DNA of 64,000 bases from Auanema rhodensis (Eukaryota > Animalia > Nematoda): positions 21,390,001 through 21,454,000 of the forward strand of contig OZ059899.1 in NCBI GenBank assembly GCA_964057225.1. Reading direction: 5' to 3'. The notes beneath the pieces were generated by a model. That model saw only the letters and a list, made by a program, of their open reading frames with translations. It was not told the DNA's origin and made no database searches. This document shows positions 41,501 through 56,500 of this stretch, one piece after another; position 1 is the stretch's first letter; the number at the start of each line of letters is the position of its first letter. Both the position numbers and the translations under genes were made by a program.

Positions 41501-44500
41501 TCGCTTCACGTGAAAGATAAAGAGATGCGGTTTTTAAAATTAGATTCCCCATGTCCATATTAGTCTAAAAACCAATTTTTATTGATATTGGTTCATGGTA
41601 ACCATGACTTTGAAATTTACGTGAACTTTAATTTATGCTAATTAAATGTACACGTGATGTGCACTTGGTATGTAACTCGCTTCACGTGAAAGATAAAGAG
41701 ATGCGGTTTTCAAAATTAGATTCCCCATGTCCATATTAGTCTAAAAACCAATTTTTATTGATATTGGTTCATGGTAAACATGACTTTGAAATTTACGTGA
41801 ACTTTAATTTATGCTAATTAAATGTACACGTGATGTGCACTTGGTATGTAACTCGCTTCACGTGAAAGATAAAGAGATGCGGTTTTCAAAATTAGATTCC
41901 CCATGTCCATATTAGTCTAAAAACCAATTTTTATTGATATTGGTGCATGGTAACCATGACTTTGAAATTTACGTGAACTTTAATTTATGCTAATTAAATG
42001 TACACGTGATGTGCACTTGGTATGTAACTCGCTTCACGTGAAAGATAAAGAGATGCGGTTTTCAAAATTAGATTCCCCATGTCCATATTAGTCTAAAAAC
42101 CAATTTTTATTGATATTGGTGCATGGTAACCATGACTTTGAAATTTACGTGAACTTTAATTTATGCTAATTAAATGTACACGTGATGTGCACTTGGTATG
42201 TAACTCGCTTCACGTGAAAGATAAAGAGATGCGGTTTTCAAAATTAGATTCCCCATGTCCATATTAGTCTAAAAACAAATTTTTATTGATATTGGTTCAT
42301 GGTAACCATGACTTTGAAATTTACGTGAACTTTAATTTATGCTAATTAAATGTACACATGATGTGCACTTGGTATGTAACTCGCTTCACGGAAAAGATAA
42401 AGAGATGCGGTTTTCAAAATTAGATTCCCCATGTCCATATTAGTCTAAAAACAAATTTTTATTGATATTGGTTCATGGTAAACATGACTTTGAAATTTAC
42501 GTGAACTTTAATTTATGCTAATTAAATGTACACGTGATGTGCACTTGGTATGTAACTCGCTTCACGTGAAAGATAAAGAGATGCGGTTTTTAAAATTAGA
42601 TTCCCCATGTCCATATTAGTCTAAAAACCAATTTTTATTGATATTGGTGCATGGTAACCATGACTTTGAAATTTACGTGCACTTTAATTTATGCTAATTA
42701 AATGTACACGTGATGTGCACTTGGTATGTAACTCGCTTCACGTGAAAGATAAAGAGATGCGGTTTTCAAAATTAGATTCCCCATGTCCATATTAGTCTAA
42801 AAACAAATTTTTATTGATATTGGTTCATGGTAACCATGACTTTGAAATTTACGTGAACTTTAATTTATGCTAATTAAATGTACACGTGATGTGCACTTGG
42901 TATGTAACTCGCTTCACGTGAAAGATAAAGAGATGCGGTTTTTAAAATTAGATTCCCCATGTCCATATTAGTCTAAAAACAAATTTTTATTGATATTGGT
43001 TCATGGTAAACATGACTTTGAAATTTACGTGAACTTTAATTTATGCTAATTAAATGTACACGTGATGTGCACTTGGTATGTAACTCGCTTCACGTGAAAG
43101 ATAAAGAGATGCGGTTTTCAAAATTAGATTCCCCATGTCCATATTAGTCTAAAAACAAATTTTTATTGATATTGGTTCATGGTAAACATGACTTTGAAAT
43201 TTACGTGAACTTTAATTTATGCTAATTAAATGTACACGTGATGTGCACTTGGTATGTAACTCGCTTCACGTGAAAGATAAAGAGATGCGGTTTTCAAAAT
43301 TAGATTCCCCATGTCCATATTAGTCTGAAAACCAATTTTTATTGATATTGGCGCATGGTAACCATGACTTTGAAATTTACGTGAACTTTAATTTATGCTA
43401 ATTAAATGTACACGTGATGTGCACTTGGTATGTAACTCGCTTCACGTGAAAGATAAAGAGATGCGGTTTTCAAAATTAGATTCCCCATGTCCATATTAGT
43501 CTAAAAACCAATTTTTATTGATATTGGTGCATGGTAACCATGACTTTGAAATTTACGTGAACTTTAATTTATGCTAATTAAATGTACACGTGATGTGCAC
43601 TTGGTATGTAACTCGCTTCACGTGAAAGATAAAGAGATGCGGTTTTTAAAATTAGATTCCCCATGTCCATATTAGTCTAAAAACCAATTTTTATTGATAT
43701 TGGTTCATGGTAACCATGACTTTGAAATTTACGTGAACTTTAATTTATGCTAATTAAATGTACACGTGATGTGCACTTGGTATGTAACTCGCTTCACGTG
43801 AAAGATAAAGAGATGCGGTTTTCAAAATTAGATTCCCCATGTCCATATTAGTCTAAAAACAAATTTTTATTGATATTGGTTCATGGTAAACATGACTTTG
43901 AAATTTACGTGAACTTTAATTTATGCTAATTAAATGTACACGTGATGTGCACTTGGTATGTAACTCGCTTCACGTGAAAGATAAAGAGATGCGGTTTTCA
44001 AAATTAGATTCCCCATGTCCATATTAGTCTGAAAACCAATTTTTATTGATATTGGCGCATGGTAACCATGACTTTGAAATTTACGTGAACTTTAATTTAT
44101 GCTAATTAAATGTACACGTGATGTGCACTTGGTATGTAACTCGCTTCACGTGAAAGATAAAGAGATGCGGTTTTCAAAATTAGATTCCCCATGTCCATAT
44201 TAGTCTAAAAACCAATTTTTATTGATATTGGTGCATGGTAACCATGACTTTGAAATTTACGTGAACTTTAATTTATGCTAATTAAATGTACACGTGATGT
44301 GCACTTGGTATGTAACTCGCTTCACGTGAAAGATAAAGAGATGCGGTTTTTAAAATTAGATTCCCCATGTCCATATTAGTCTAAAAACCAATTTTTATTG
44401 ATATTGGTGCATGGTAACCATGACTTTGAAATTTACGTGAACTTTAATTTATGCTAATTAAATGTACACGTGATGTGCACTTGGTATGTAACTCGCTTCA

Positions 44501-47500
44501 CGTGAAAGATAAAGAGATGCGGTTTTCAAAATTAGATTCCCCATGTCCATATTAGTCTAAAAACCAATTTTTATTGATATTGGTGCATGGTAACCATGAC
44601 TTTGAAATTTACGTGAACTTTAATTTATGCTAATTAAATGTACACGTGATGTGCACTTGGTATGTAACTCGCTTCACGTGAAAGATAAAGAGATGCGGTT
44701 TTCAAAATTAGATTCCCCATGTCCATATTAGTCTAAAAACCAATTTTTATTGATATTGGTGCATGGTAACCATGACTTTGAAATTTACGTGAACTTTAAT
44801 TTATGCTAATTAAATGTACACGTGATGTGCACTTGGTATGTAACTCGCTTCACGTGAAAGATAAAGAGATGCGGTTTTCAAAATTAGATTCCCCATGTCC
44901 ATATTAGTCTAAAAACAAATTTTTATTGATATTGGTTCATGGTAACCATGACTTTGAAATTTACGTGAACTTTAATTTATGCTAATTAAATGTACACATG
45001 ATGTGCACTTGGTATGTAACTCGCTTCACGTAAAAGATAAAGAGATGCGGTTTTCAAAATTAGATTCCCCATGTCCATATTAGTCTAAAAACAAATTTTT
45101 ATTGATATTGGTTCATGGTAAACATGACTTTGAAATTTACGTGAACTTTAATTTATGCTAATTAAATGTACACGTGATGTGCACTTGGTATGTAACTCGC
45201 TTCACGTGAAAGATAAAGAGATGCGGTTTTTAAAATTAGATTCCCCATGTCCATATTAGTCTAAAAACCAATTTTTATTGATTTTGGTGCATGGTAACCA
45301 TGACTTTGAAATTTACGTGCACTTTAATTTATGCTAATTAAATGTACACGTGATGTGCACTTGGTATGTAACTCGCTTCACGTGAAAGATAAAGAGATGC
45401 GGTTTTCAAAATTAGATTCCCCATGTCCATATTAGTCTAAAAACAAATTTTTATTGATATTGGTTCATGGTAACCATGACTTTGAAATTTACGTGAACTT
45501 TAATTTATGCTAATTAAATGTACACGTGATGTGCACTTGGTATGTAACTCGCTTCACGTGAAAGATAAAGAGATGCGGTTTTTAAAATTAGATTCCCCAT
45601 GTCCATATTAGTCTAAAAACAAATTTTTATTGATATTGGTTCATGGTAAACATGACTTTGAAATTTACGTGAACTTTAATTTATGCTAATTAAATGTACA
45701 CGTGATGTGCACTTGGTATGTAACTCGCTTCACGTGAAAGATAAAGAGATGCGGTTTTCAAAATTAGATTCCCCATGTCCATATTAGTCTAAAAACAAAT
45801 TTTTATTGATATTGGTTCATGGTAACCATGACTTTGAAATTTACGTGAACTTTAATTTATGCTAATTAAATGTACACGTGATGTGCACTTGGTATGTAAC
45901 TCGCTTCACGTGAAAGATAAAGAGATGCGGTTTTTAAAATTAGATTCCCCATGTCCATATTAGTCTAAAAACAAATTTTTATTGATATTGGTTCATGGTA
46001 AACATGACTTTGAAATTTACGTGAACTTTAATTTATGCTAATTAAATGTACACGTGATGTGCACTTGGTATGTAACTCGCTTCACGTGAAAGATAAAGAG
46101 ATGCGGTTTTCAAAATTAGATTCCCCATGTCCATATTAGTCTAAAAACAAATTTTTATTGATATTGGTTCATGGTAACCATGACTTTGAAATTTACGTGA
46201 ACTTTAATTTATGCTAATTAAATGTACACGTGATGTGCACTTGGTATGTAACTCGCTTCACGTGAAAGATAAAGAGATGCGGTTTTCAAAATTAGATTCC
46301 CCATGTCCATATTAGTCTAAAAACAAATTTTTATTGATATTGGTTCATGGTAAACATGACTTTGAAATTTACGTGAACTTTAATTTATGCTAATTAAATG
46401 TACACGTGATGTGCACTTGGTATGTAACTCGCTTCACGTGAAAGATAAAGAGATGCGGTTTTCAAAATTAGATTCCCCATGTCCATATTAGTCTAAAAAC
46501 CAATTTTTAGTGATATTGGTGCATGGTAACCATGACTTTGAAATTTACGTGAACTTTAATTTATGCTAATTAAATGTACACGTGATGTGCACTTGGTATG
46601 TAACTCGCTTCACGTGAAAGATAAAGAGATGCGGTTTTCAAAATTAGATTCCCCATGTCCATATTAGTCTAAAAACAAATTTTTATTGATATTGGTTCAT
46701 GGTAACCATGACTTTGAAATTTACGTGAACTTTAATTTATGCTAATTAAATGTACACGTGATGTGCACTCGGTATGTAACTCGCTTCACGTGAAAGATAA
46801 AGAGATGCGGTTTTCAAAATTAGATTCCCCATGTCCATATTAGTCTAAAAACAAATTTTTATTGATATTGGTTCATGGTAAACATGACTTTGAAATTTAC
46901 GTGAACTTTAATTTATGCTAATTAAATGTACACGTGATGTGCACTTGGTATGTAACTCGCTTCACGTGAAAGATAAAGAGATGCGGTTTTCAAAATTAGA
47001 TTCCCCATGTCCATATTAGTCTAAAAACCAATTTTTATTGATATTGGTGCATGGTAACCATTACTTTGAAATTTACGTGAACTTTAATTTATGCTAATTA
47101 AATGTACACGTGATGTGCACTTGGTATGTAACTCGCTTCACGTGAAAGATAAAGAGATGCGGTTTTCAAAATTAGATTCCCCATGTCCATATTAGTCTAA
47201 AAACCAATTTTTATTGATATTGGTGCATGGTAACCATGACTTTGAAATTTACGTGAACTTTAATTTATGCTAATTAAATGTACACGTGATGTGCACTTGG
47301 TATGTAACTCGCTTCACGTGAAAGATAAAGAGATGCGGTTTTCAAAATTAGATTCCCCATGTCCATATTAGTCTAAAAACCAATTTTTATTGATATTGGT
47401 GCATGGTAACCATGACTTTGAAATTTACGTGAACTTTAATTTATGCTAATTAAATGTACACGTGATGTGCACTTGGTATGTAACTCGCTTCACGTGAAAG

Positions 47501-50500
47501 ATAAAGAGATGCGGTTTTCAAAATTAGATTCCCCATGTCCATATTAGTCTAAAAACAAATTTTTATTGATATTGGTTCATGGTAACCATGACTTTGAAAT
47601 TTACGTGAACTTTAATTTATGCTAATTAAATGTACACGTGATGTGCACTTGGTATGTAACTCGCTTCACGTGAAAGATAAAGAGATGCGGTTTTCAAAAT
47701 TAGATTCCCCATGTCCATATTAGTCTAAAAACCAATTTTTATTGATATTGGTGCATGGTAACCATGACTTTGAAATTTACGTGAACTTTAATTTATGCTA
47801 ATTAAATGTACACGTGATGTGCACTTGGTATGTAACTCGCTTCACGTGAAAGATAAAGAGATGCGGTTTTCAAAATTAGATTCCCCATGTCCATATTAGT
47901 CTAAAAACAAATTTTTATTGATATTGGTTCATGGTAACCATGACTTTGAAATTTACGTGAACTTTAATTTATGTTAATTAAATGTACACGTGATGTGCAC
48001 TTGGTATGTAACTCGCTTCACGTGAGAGATAAAGAGATGCGGTTTTTAAAATTAGATTCCCCATGTCCATATTAGTCTAAAAACCAATTTTTATTGATAT
48101 TGGTGCATGGTAACCATGACTTTGAAATTTACGTGAACTTTAATTTATGCTAATTAAATGTACACGTGATGTGCACTTGGTATGTAACTCGCTTCACGTG
48201 AAAGATAAAGAGATGCGGTTTTCAAAATTAGATTCCCCATGTCCATATTAGTCTAAAAACAAATTTTTATTGATATTGGTTCATGGTAAACATGACTTTG
48301 AAATTTACGTGAACTTTAATTTATGCTAATTAAATGTACACGTGATGTGCACTTGGTATGTAACTCGCTTCACGTGAAAGATAAAGAGATGCGGTTTTCA
48401 AAATTAGATTCCCCATGTCCATATTAGTCTAAAAACCAATTTTTATTGATATTGGTGCATGGTAACCATGACTTTGAAATTTACGTGAACTTTAATTTAT
48501 GCTAATTAAATGTACACGTGATGTGCACTTGGTATGTAACTCGCTTCACGTGAAAGATAAAGAGATGCGGTTTTCAAAATTAGATTCCCCATGTCCATAT
48601 TAGTCTAAAAACAAATTTTTATTGATATTGGTTCATGGTAACCATGACTTTGAAATTTACGTGAACTTTAATTTATGCTAATTAAATGTACACGTGATGT
48701 GCACTTGGTATGTAACTCGCTTCACGTGAAAGATAAAGAGATGCGGTTTTCAAAATTAGATTCCCCATGTCCATATTAGTCTAAAAACAAATTTTTATTG
48801 ATATTGGTTCATGGTAAACATGACTTTGAAATTTACGTGAACTTTAATTTATGCTAATTAAATGTACACGTGATGTGCACTTGGTATGTAACTCGCTTCA
48901 CGTGAAAGATAAAGAGATGCGGTTTTCAAAATTAGATTCCCCATGTCCATATTAGTCTAAAAACCAATTTTTAGTGATATTGGTGCATGGTAACCATGAC
49001 TTTGAAATTTACGTGAACTTTAATTTATGCTAATTAAATGTACACGTGATGTGCACTTGGTATGTAACTCGCTTCACGTGAAAGATAAAGAGATGCGGTT
49101 TTCAAAATTAGATTCCCCATGTCCATATTAGTCTAAAAACAAATTTTTATTGATATTGGTTCATGGTAACCATGACTTTGAAATTTACGTGAACTTTAAT
49201 TTATGCTAATTAAATGTACACGTGATGTGCACTCGGTATGTAACTCGCTTCACGTGAAAGATAAAGAGATGCGGTTTTCAAAATTAGATTCCCCATGTCC
49301 ATATTAGTCTAAAAACAAATTTTTATTGATATTGGTTCATGGTAAACATGACTTTGAAATTTACGTGAACTTTAATTTATGCTAATTAAATGTACACGTG
49401 ATGTGCACTTGGTATGTAACTCGCTTCACGTGAAAGATAAAGAGATGCGGTTTTCAAAATTAGATTCCCCATGTCCATATTAGTCTAAAAACCAATTTTT
49501 ATTGATATTGGTGCATGGTAACCATTACTTTGAAATTTACGTGAACTTTAATTTATGTTAATTAAATGTACACGTGATGTGCACTTGGTATGTAACTCGC
49601 TTCACGTGAAAGATAAAGAGATGCGGTTTTCAAAATTAGATTCCCCATGTCCATATTAGTCTAAAAACCAATTTTTATTGATATTGGTGCATGGTAACCA
49701 TGACTTTGAAATTTACGTGAACTTTAATTTATGCTAATTAAATGTACACGTGATGTGCACTTGGTATGTAACTCGCTTCACGTGAAAGATAAAGAGATGC
49801 GGTTTTCAAAATTAGATTCCCCATGTCCATATTAGTCTAAAAACCAATTTTTATTGATATTGGTGCATGGTAACCATGACTTTGAAATTTACGTGAACTT
49901 TAATTTATGCTAATTAAATGTACACGTGATGTGCACTTGGTATGTAACTCGCTTCACGTGAAAGATAAAGAGATGCGGTTTTCAAAATTAGATTCCCCAT
50001 GTCCATATTAGTCTAAAAACAAATTTTTATTGATATTGGTTCATGGTAACCATGACTTTGAAATTTACGTGAACTTTAATTTATGCTAATTAAATGTACA
50101 CGTGATGTGCACTTGGTATGTAACTCGCTTCACGTGAAAGATAAAGAGATGCGGTTTTCAAAATTAGATTCCCCATGTCCATATTAGTCTAAAAACCAAT
50201 TTTTATTGATATTGGTGCATGGTAACCATGACTTTGAAATTTACGTGAACTTTAATTTATGCTAATTAAATGTACACGTGATGTGCACTTGGTATGTAAC
50301 TCGCTTCACGTGAAAGATAAAGAGATGCGGTTTTCAAAATTAGATTCCCCATGTCCATATTAGTCTAAAAACAAATTTTTATTGATATTGGTTCATGGTA
50401 ACCATGACTTTGAAATTTACGTGAACTTTAATTTATGTTAATTAAATGTACACGTGATGTGCACTTGGTATGTAACTCGCTTCACGTGAGAGATAAAGAG

Positions 50501-53500
50501 ATGCGGTTTTTAAAATTAGATTCCCCATGTCCATATTAGTCTAAAAACCAATTTTTATTGATATTGGTGCATGGTAACCATGACTTTGAAATTTACGTGA
50601 ACTTTAATTTATGCTAATTAAATGTACACGTGATGTGCACTTGGTATGTAACTCGCTTCACGTGAAAGATAAAGAGATGCGGTTTTCAAAATTAGATTCC
50701 CCATGTCCATATTAGTCTAAAAACAAATTTTTATTGATATTGGTTCATGGTAACCATGACTTTGAAATTTACGTGAACTTTAATTTATGCTAATTAAATG
50801 TACACGTGATGTGCACTTGGTATGTAACTCGCTTCACGTGAAAGATAAAGAGATGCGGTTTTCAAAATTAGATTCCCCATGTCCATATTAGTCTAAAAAC
50901 AAATTTTTATTGATATTGGTTCATGGTAAACATGACTTTGAAATTTACGTGAACTTTAATTTATGCTAATTAAATGTACACGTGATGTGCACTTGGTATG
51001 TAACTCGCTTCACGTGAAAGATAAAGAGATGCGGTTTTTAAAATTAGATTCCCCATGTCCATATTAGTCTAAAAACCAATTTTTATTGATATTGGTGCAT
51101 GGTAACCATGACTTTGAAATTTACGTGAACTTTAATTTATGCTAATTAAATGTACACGTGATGTGCACTTGGTATGTAACTCGCTTCACGTGAAAGATAA
51201 AGAGATGCGGTTTTCAAAATTAGATTCCCCATGTCCATATTAGTCTAAAAACAAATTTTTATTGATATTGGTTCATGGTAACCATGACTTTGAAATTTAC
51301 GTGAACTTTAATTTATGCTAATTAAATGTACACGTGATGTGCACTTGGTATGTAACTCGCTTCACGTGAAAGATAAAGAGATGCGGTTTTCAAAATTAGA
51401 TTCCCCATGTCCATATTAGTCTAAAAACAAATTTTTATTGATATTGGTTCATGGTAAACATGACTTTGAAATTTACGTGAACTTTAATTTATGTTAATTA
51501 AATGTACACGTGATGTGCACTTGGTATGTAACTCGCTTCACGTGAAAGATAAAGAGATGCGGTTTTCAAAATTAGATTCCCCATGTCCATATTAGTCTAA
51601 AAACAAATTTTTATTGATATTGGTGCATGGTAACCATGACTTTGAAATTTACGTGAACTTTAATTTATGTTAATTAAATGTACACGTGATGTGCACTTGG
51701 TATGTAACTCGCTTCACGTGAAAGATAAAGAGATGCGGTTTTCAAAATTAGATTCCCCATGTCCATATTAGTCTAAAAACAAATTTTTATTGATAATGGT
51801 TCATGGTAAACATGACTTTGAAATTTACGTGAACTTTAATTTATGTTAATTAAATGTACACGTGATGTGCACTTGGTATGTAACTCGCTTCACGTGAAAG
51901 ATAAAGAGATGCGGTTCTCAAAATTAGATTCCCCATGTCCATATTAGTCTAAAAACAAATTTTTATTGATATTGGTTCATGGTAAACATGACTTTGAAAT
52001 TTACGTGAACTTTAATTTATGCTAATTAAATGTACACGTGATGTGCACTTGGTATGTAACTCGCTTCACGTGAAAGATAAAGAGATGCGGTTTTTAAAAT
52101 TAGATTCCCCATGTCCATATTAGTCTAAAAACCAATTTTTATTGATATTGGTTCATGGTAACCATGACTTTGAAATTTACGTGAACTTTAATTTATGCTA
52201 ATTAAATGTACACGTGATGTGCACTTGGTATGTAACTCGCTTCACGTGAAAGATAAAGAGATGCGGTTTTCAAAATTAGATTCCCCATGTCCATATTAGT
52301 CTAAAAACCAATTTTTATTGATATTGGTGCATGGTAACCATGACTTTGAAATTTACGTGAACTTTAATTTATGCTAATTAAATGTACACGTGATGTGCAC
52401 TTGGTATGTAACTCGCTTCACGTGAAAGATAAAGAGATGCGGTTTTCAAAATTAGATTCCCCATGTCCATATTAGTCTAAAAACAAATTTTTATTGATAT
52501 TGGTTCATGGTAACCATGACTTTGAAATTTACGTGAACTTTAATTTATGTTAATTAAATGTACACGTGATGTGCACTTGGTATGTAACTCGCTTCACGTG
52601 AGAGATAAAGAGATGCGGTTTTTAAAATTAGATTCCCCATGTCCATATTAGTCTAAAAACCAATTTTTATTGATATTGGTGCATGGTAACCATGACTTTG
52701 AAATTTACGTGAACTTTAATTTATGCTAATTAAATGTACACGTGATGTGCACTTGGTATGTAACTCGCTTCACGTGAAAGATAAAGAGATGCGGTTTTCA
52801 AAATTAGATTCCCCATGTCCATATTAGTCTAAAAACAAATTTTTATTGATATTGGTTCATGGTAACCATGACTTTGAAATTTACGTGAACTTTAATTTAT
52901 GCTAATTAAATGTACACGTGATGTGCACTTGGTATGTAACTCGCTTCACGTGAAAGATAAAGAGATGCGGTTTTCAAAATTAGATTCCCCATGTCCATAT
53001 TAGTCTAAAAACAAATTTTTATTGATATTGGTTCATGGTAAACATGACTTTGAAATTTACGTGAACTTTAATTTATGTTAATTAAATGTACACGTGATGT
53101 GCACTTGGTATGTAACTCGCTTCACGTGAAAGATAAAGAGATGCGGTTTTCAAAATTAGATTCCCCATGTCCATATTAGTCTAAAAACAAATTTTTATTG
53201 ATATTGGTGCATGGTAACCATGACTTTGAAATTTACGTGAACTTTAATTTATGCTAATTAAATGTACACGTGATGTGCACTTGGTATGTAACTCGCTTCA
53301 CGTGAAAGATAAAGAGATGCGGTTTTCAAAATTAGATTCCCCATGTCCATATTAGTCTAAAAACAAATTTTTATTGATATTGGTTCATGGTAAACATGAC
53401 TTTGAAATTTACGTGAACTTTAATTTATGTTAATTAAATGTACACGTGATGTGCACTTGGTATGTAACTCGCTTCACGTGAAAGATAAAGAGATGCGGTT

Positions 53501-56500
53501 TTCAAAATTAGATTCCCCATGTCCATATTAGTCTAAAAACAAATTTTTATTGATATTGGTTCATGGTAAACATGACTTTGAAATTTACGTGAACTTTAAT
53601 TTATGTTAATTAAATGTACACGTGATGTGCACTTGGTATGTAACTCGCTTCACGTGAAAGATAAAGAGATGCGGTTTTCAAAATTAGATTCCCCATGTCC
53701 ATATTAGTCTAAAAACAAATTTTTATTGATATTGGTTCATGGTAAACATGACTTTGAAATTTACGTGAACTTTAATTTATGCTAATTAAATGTACACGTG
53801 ATGTGCACTTGGTATGTAACTCGCTTCACGTGAAAGATAAAGAGATGCGGTTTTCAAAATTAGATTCCCCATGTCCATATTAGTCTAAAAACCAATTTTT
53901 ATTGATATTGGTGCATGGTAACCATGACTTTGAAATTTACGTGAACTTTAATTTATGCTAATTAAATGTACACGTGATGTGCACTTGGTATGTAACTCGC
54001 TTCACGTGAAAGATAAAGAGATGCGGTTTTTAAAATTAGATTCCCCATGTCCATATTAGTCTAAAAACCAATTTTTATTGATATTGGTGCATGGTAACCA
54101 TGACTTTGAAATTTACGTGAACTTTAATTTATGCTAATTAAATGTACACGTGATGTGCACTTGGTATGTAACTCGCTTCACGTGAAAGATAAAGAGATGC
54201 GGTTTTTAAAATTAGATTCCCCATGTCCATATTAGTCTAAAAACCAATTTTTATTGATATTGGTGCATGGTAACCATGACTTTGAAATTTACGTGAACTT
54301 TAATTTATGCTAATTAAATGTACACGTGATGTGCACTTGGTATGTAACTCGCTTCACGTGAAAGATAAAGAGATGCGGTTTTCAAAATTAGATTCCCCAT
54401 GTCCATATTAGTCTAAAAACAAATTTTTATTGATATTGGTTCATGGTAAACATGACTTTGAAATTTACGTGAACTTTAATTTATGCTAATTAAATGTACA
54501 CGTGATGTGCACTTGGTATGTAACTCGCTTCACGTGAAAGATAAAGAGATGCGGTTTTCAAAATTAGATTCCCCATGTCCATATTAGTCTAAAAACCAAT
54601 TTTTATTGATATTGGTGCATGGTAACCATGACTTTGAAATTTACGTGAACTTTAATTTATGCTAATTAAATGTACACGTGATGTGCACTTGGTATGTAAC
54701 TCGCTTCACGTGAAAGATAAAGAGATGCGGTTTTCAAAATTAGATTCCCCATGTCCATATTAGTCTAAAAACAAATTTTTATTGATATTGGTTCATGGTA
54801 ACCATGACTTTGAAATTTACGTGAACTTTAATTTATGCTAATTAAATGTACACGTGATGTGCACTTGGTATGTAACTCGCTTCACGTGAAAGATAAAGAG
54901 ATGCGGTTTTCAAAATTAGATTCCCCATGTCCATATTAGTCTAAAAACCAATTTTTATTGATATTGGTGCATGGTAACCATGACTTTGAAATTTACGTGA
55001 ACTTTAATTTATGCTAATTAAATGTACACGTGATGTGCACTTGGTATGTAACTCGCTTCACGTGAAAGATAAAGAGATGCGGTTTTCAAATTAGATTCCC
55101 CATGTCCATATTAGTCTAAAAACAAATTTTTATTGATATTGGTTCATGGTAACCATGACTTTGAAATTTACGTGAACTTTAATTTATGTTAATTAAATGT
55201 ACACGTGATGTGCACTTGGTATGTAACTCGCTTCACGTGAAAGATAAAGAGATGCGGTTTTCAAAATTAGATTCCCCATGTCCATATTAGTCTAAAAACA
55301 AATTTTTATTGATATTGGTTCATGGTAAACATGACTTTGAAATTTACGTGAACTTTAATTTATGCTAATTAAATGTACACGTGATGTGCACTTGGTATGT
55401 AACTCGCTTCACGTGAAAGATAAAGAGATGCGGTTTTCAAATTAGATTCCCCATGTCCATATTAGTCTAAAAACCAATTTTTATTGATATTGGTGCATGG
55501 TAACCATGACTTTGAAATTTACGTGAACTTTAATTTATGCTAATTAAATGTACACGTGATGTGCACTTGGTATGTAACTCGCTTCACGTGAAAGATAAAG
55601 AGATGCGGTTTTCAAAATTAGATTCCCCATGTCCATATTAGTCTAAAAACCAATTTTTATTGATATTGGTGCATGGTAACCATGACTTTGAAATTTACGT
55701 GAACTTTAATTTATGCTAATTAAATGTACACGTGATGTGCACTTGGTATGTAACTCGCTTCACGTGAAAGATAAAGAGATGCGGTTTCAAAATTAGATTC
55801 CCCATGTCCATATTAGTCTAAAAACAATTTTTATTGATATTGGTGCATGGTAACCATGACTTTGAAATTTACGTGAACTTTAATTTATGCTAATTAAATG
55901 TACACGTGATGTGCACTTAGTATGTAACTCGCTTCACGTGAAAGATAAAGAGATGCGGTTTTCAAAATTAGATTCCCCATGTCCATATTAGTCTAAAAAC
56001 AAATTTTTATTGATATTGGTTCATGGTAACCATGACTTTGAAATTTACGTGAACTTTAATTTATGCTAATTAAATGTACACGTGATGTGCACTTGGTATG
56101 TAACTCGCTTCACGTGAAAGATAAAGAGATGCGGTTTTCAAATTAGATTCCCCATGTCCATATTAGTCTAAAAACAAATTTTTATTGATATTGGTTCATG
56201 GTAAACATGACTTTGAAATTTACGTGAACTTTAATTTATGTTAATTAAATGTACACGTGATGTGCACTTGGTATGTAACTCGCTTCACGTGAAAGATAAA
56301 GAGATGCGGTTTTCAAATTAGATTCCCCATGTCCATATTAGTCTAAAAACAATTTTTATTGATATTGGTTCATGGTAAACATGACTTTGAAATTTACGTG
56401 AACTTCAATTTATGCTAATTAAATGTACACGTGATGTGCACTTGGTATGTAACTCGCTTCACGTGAAAGATAAAGAGATGCGGTTTTCAAAATTAGATTC

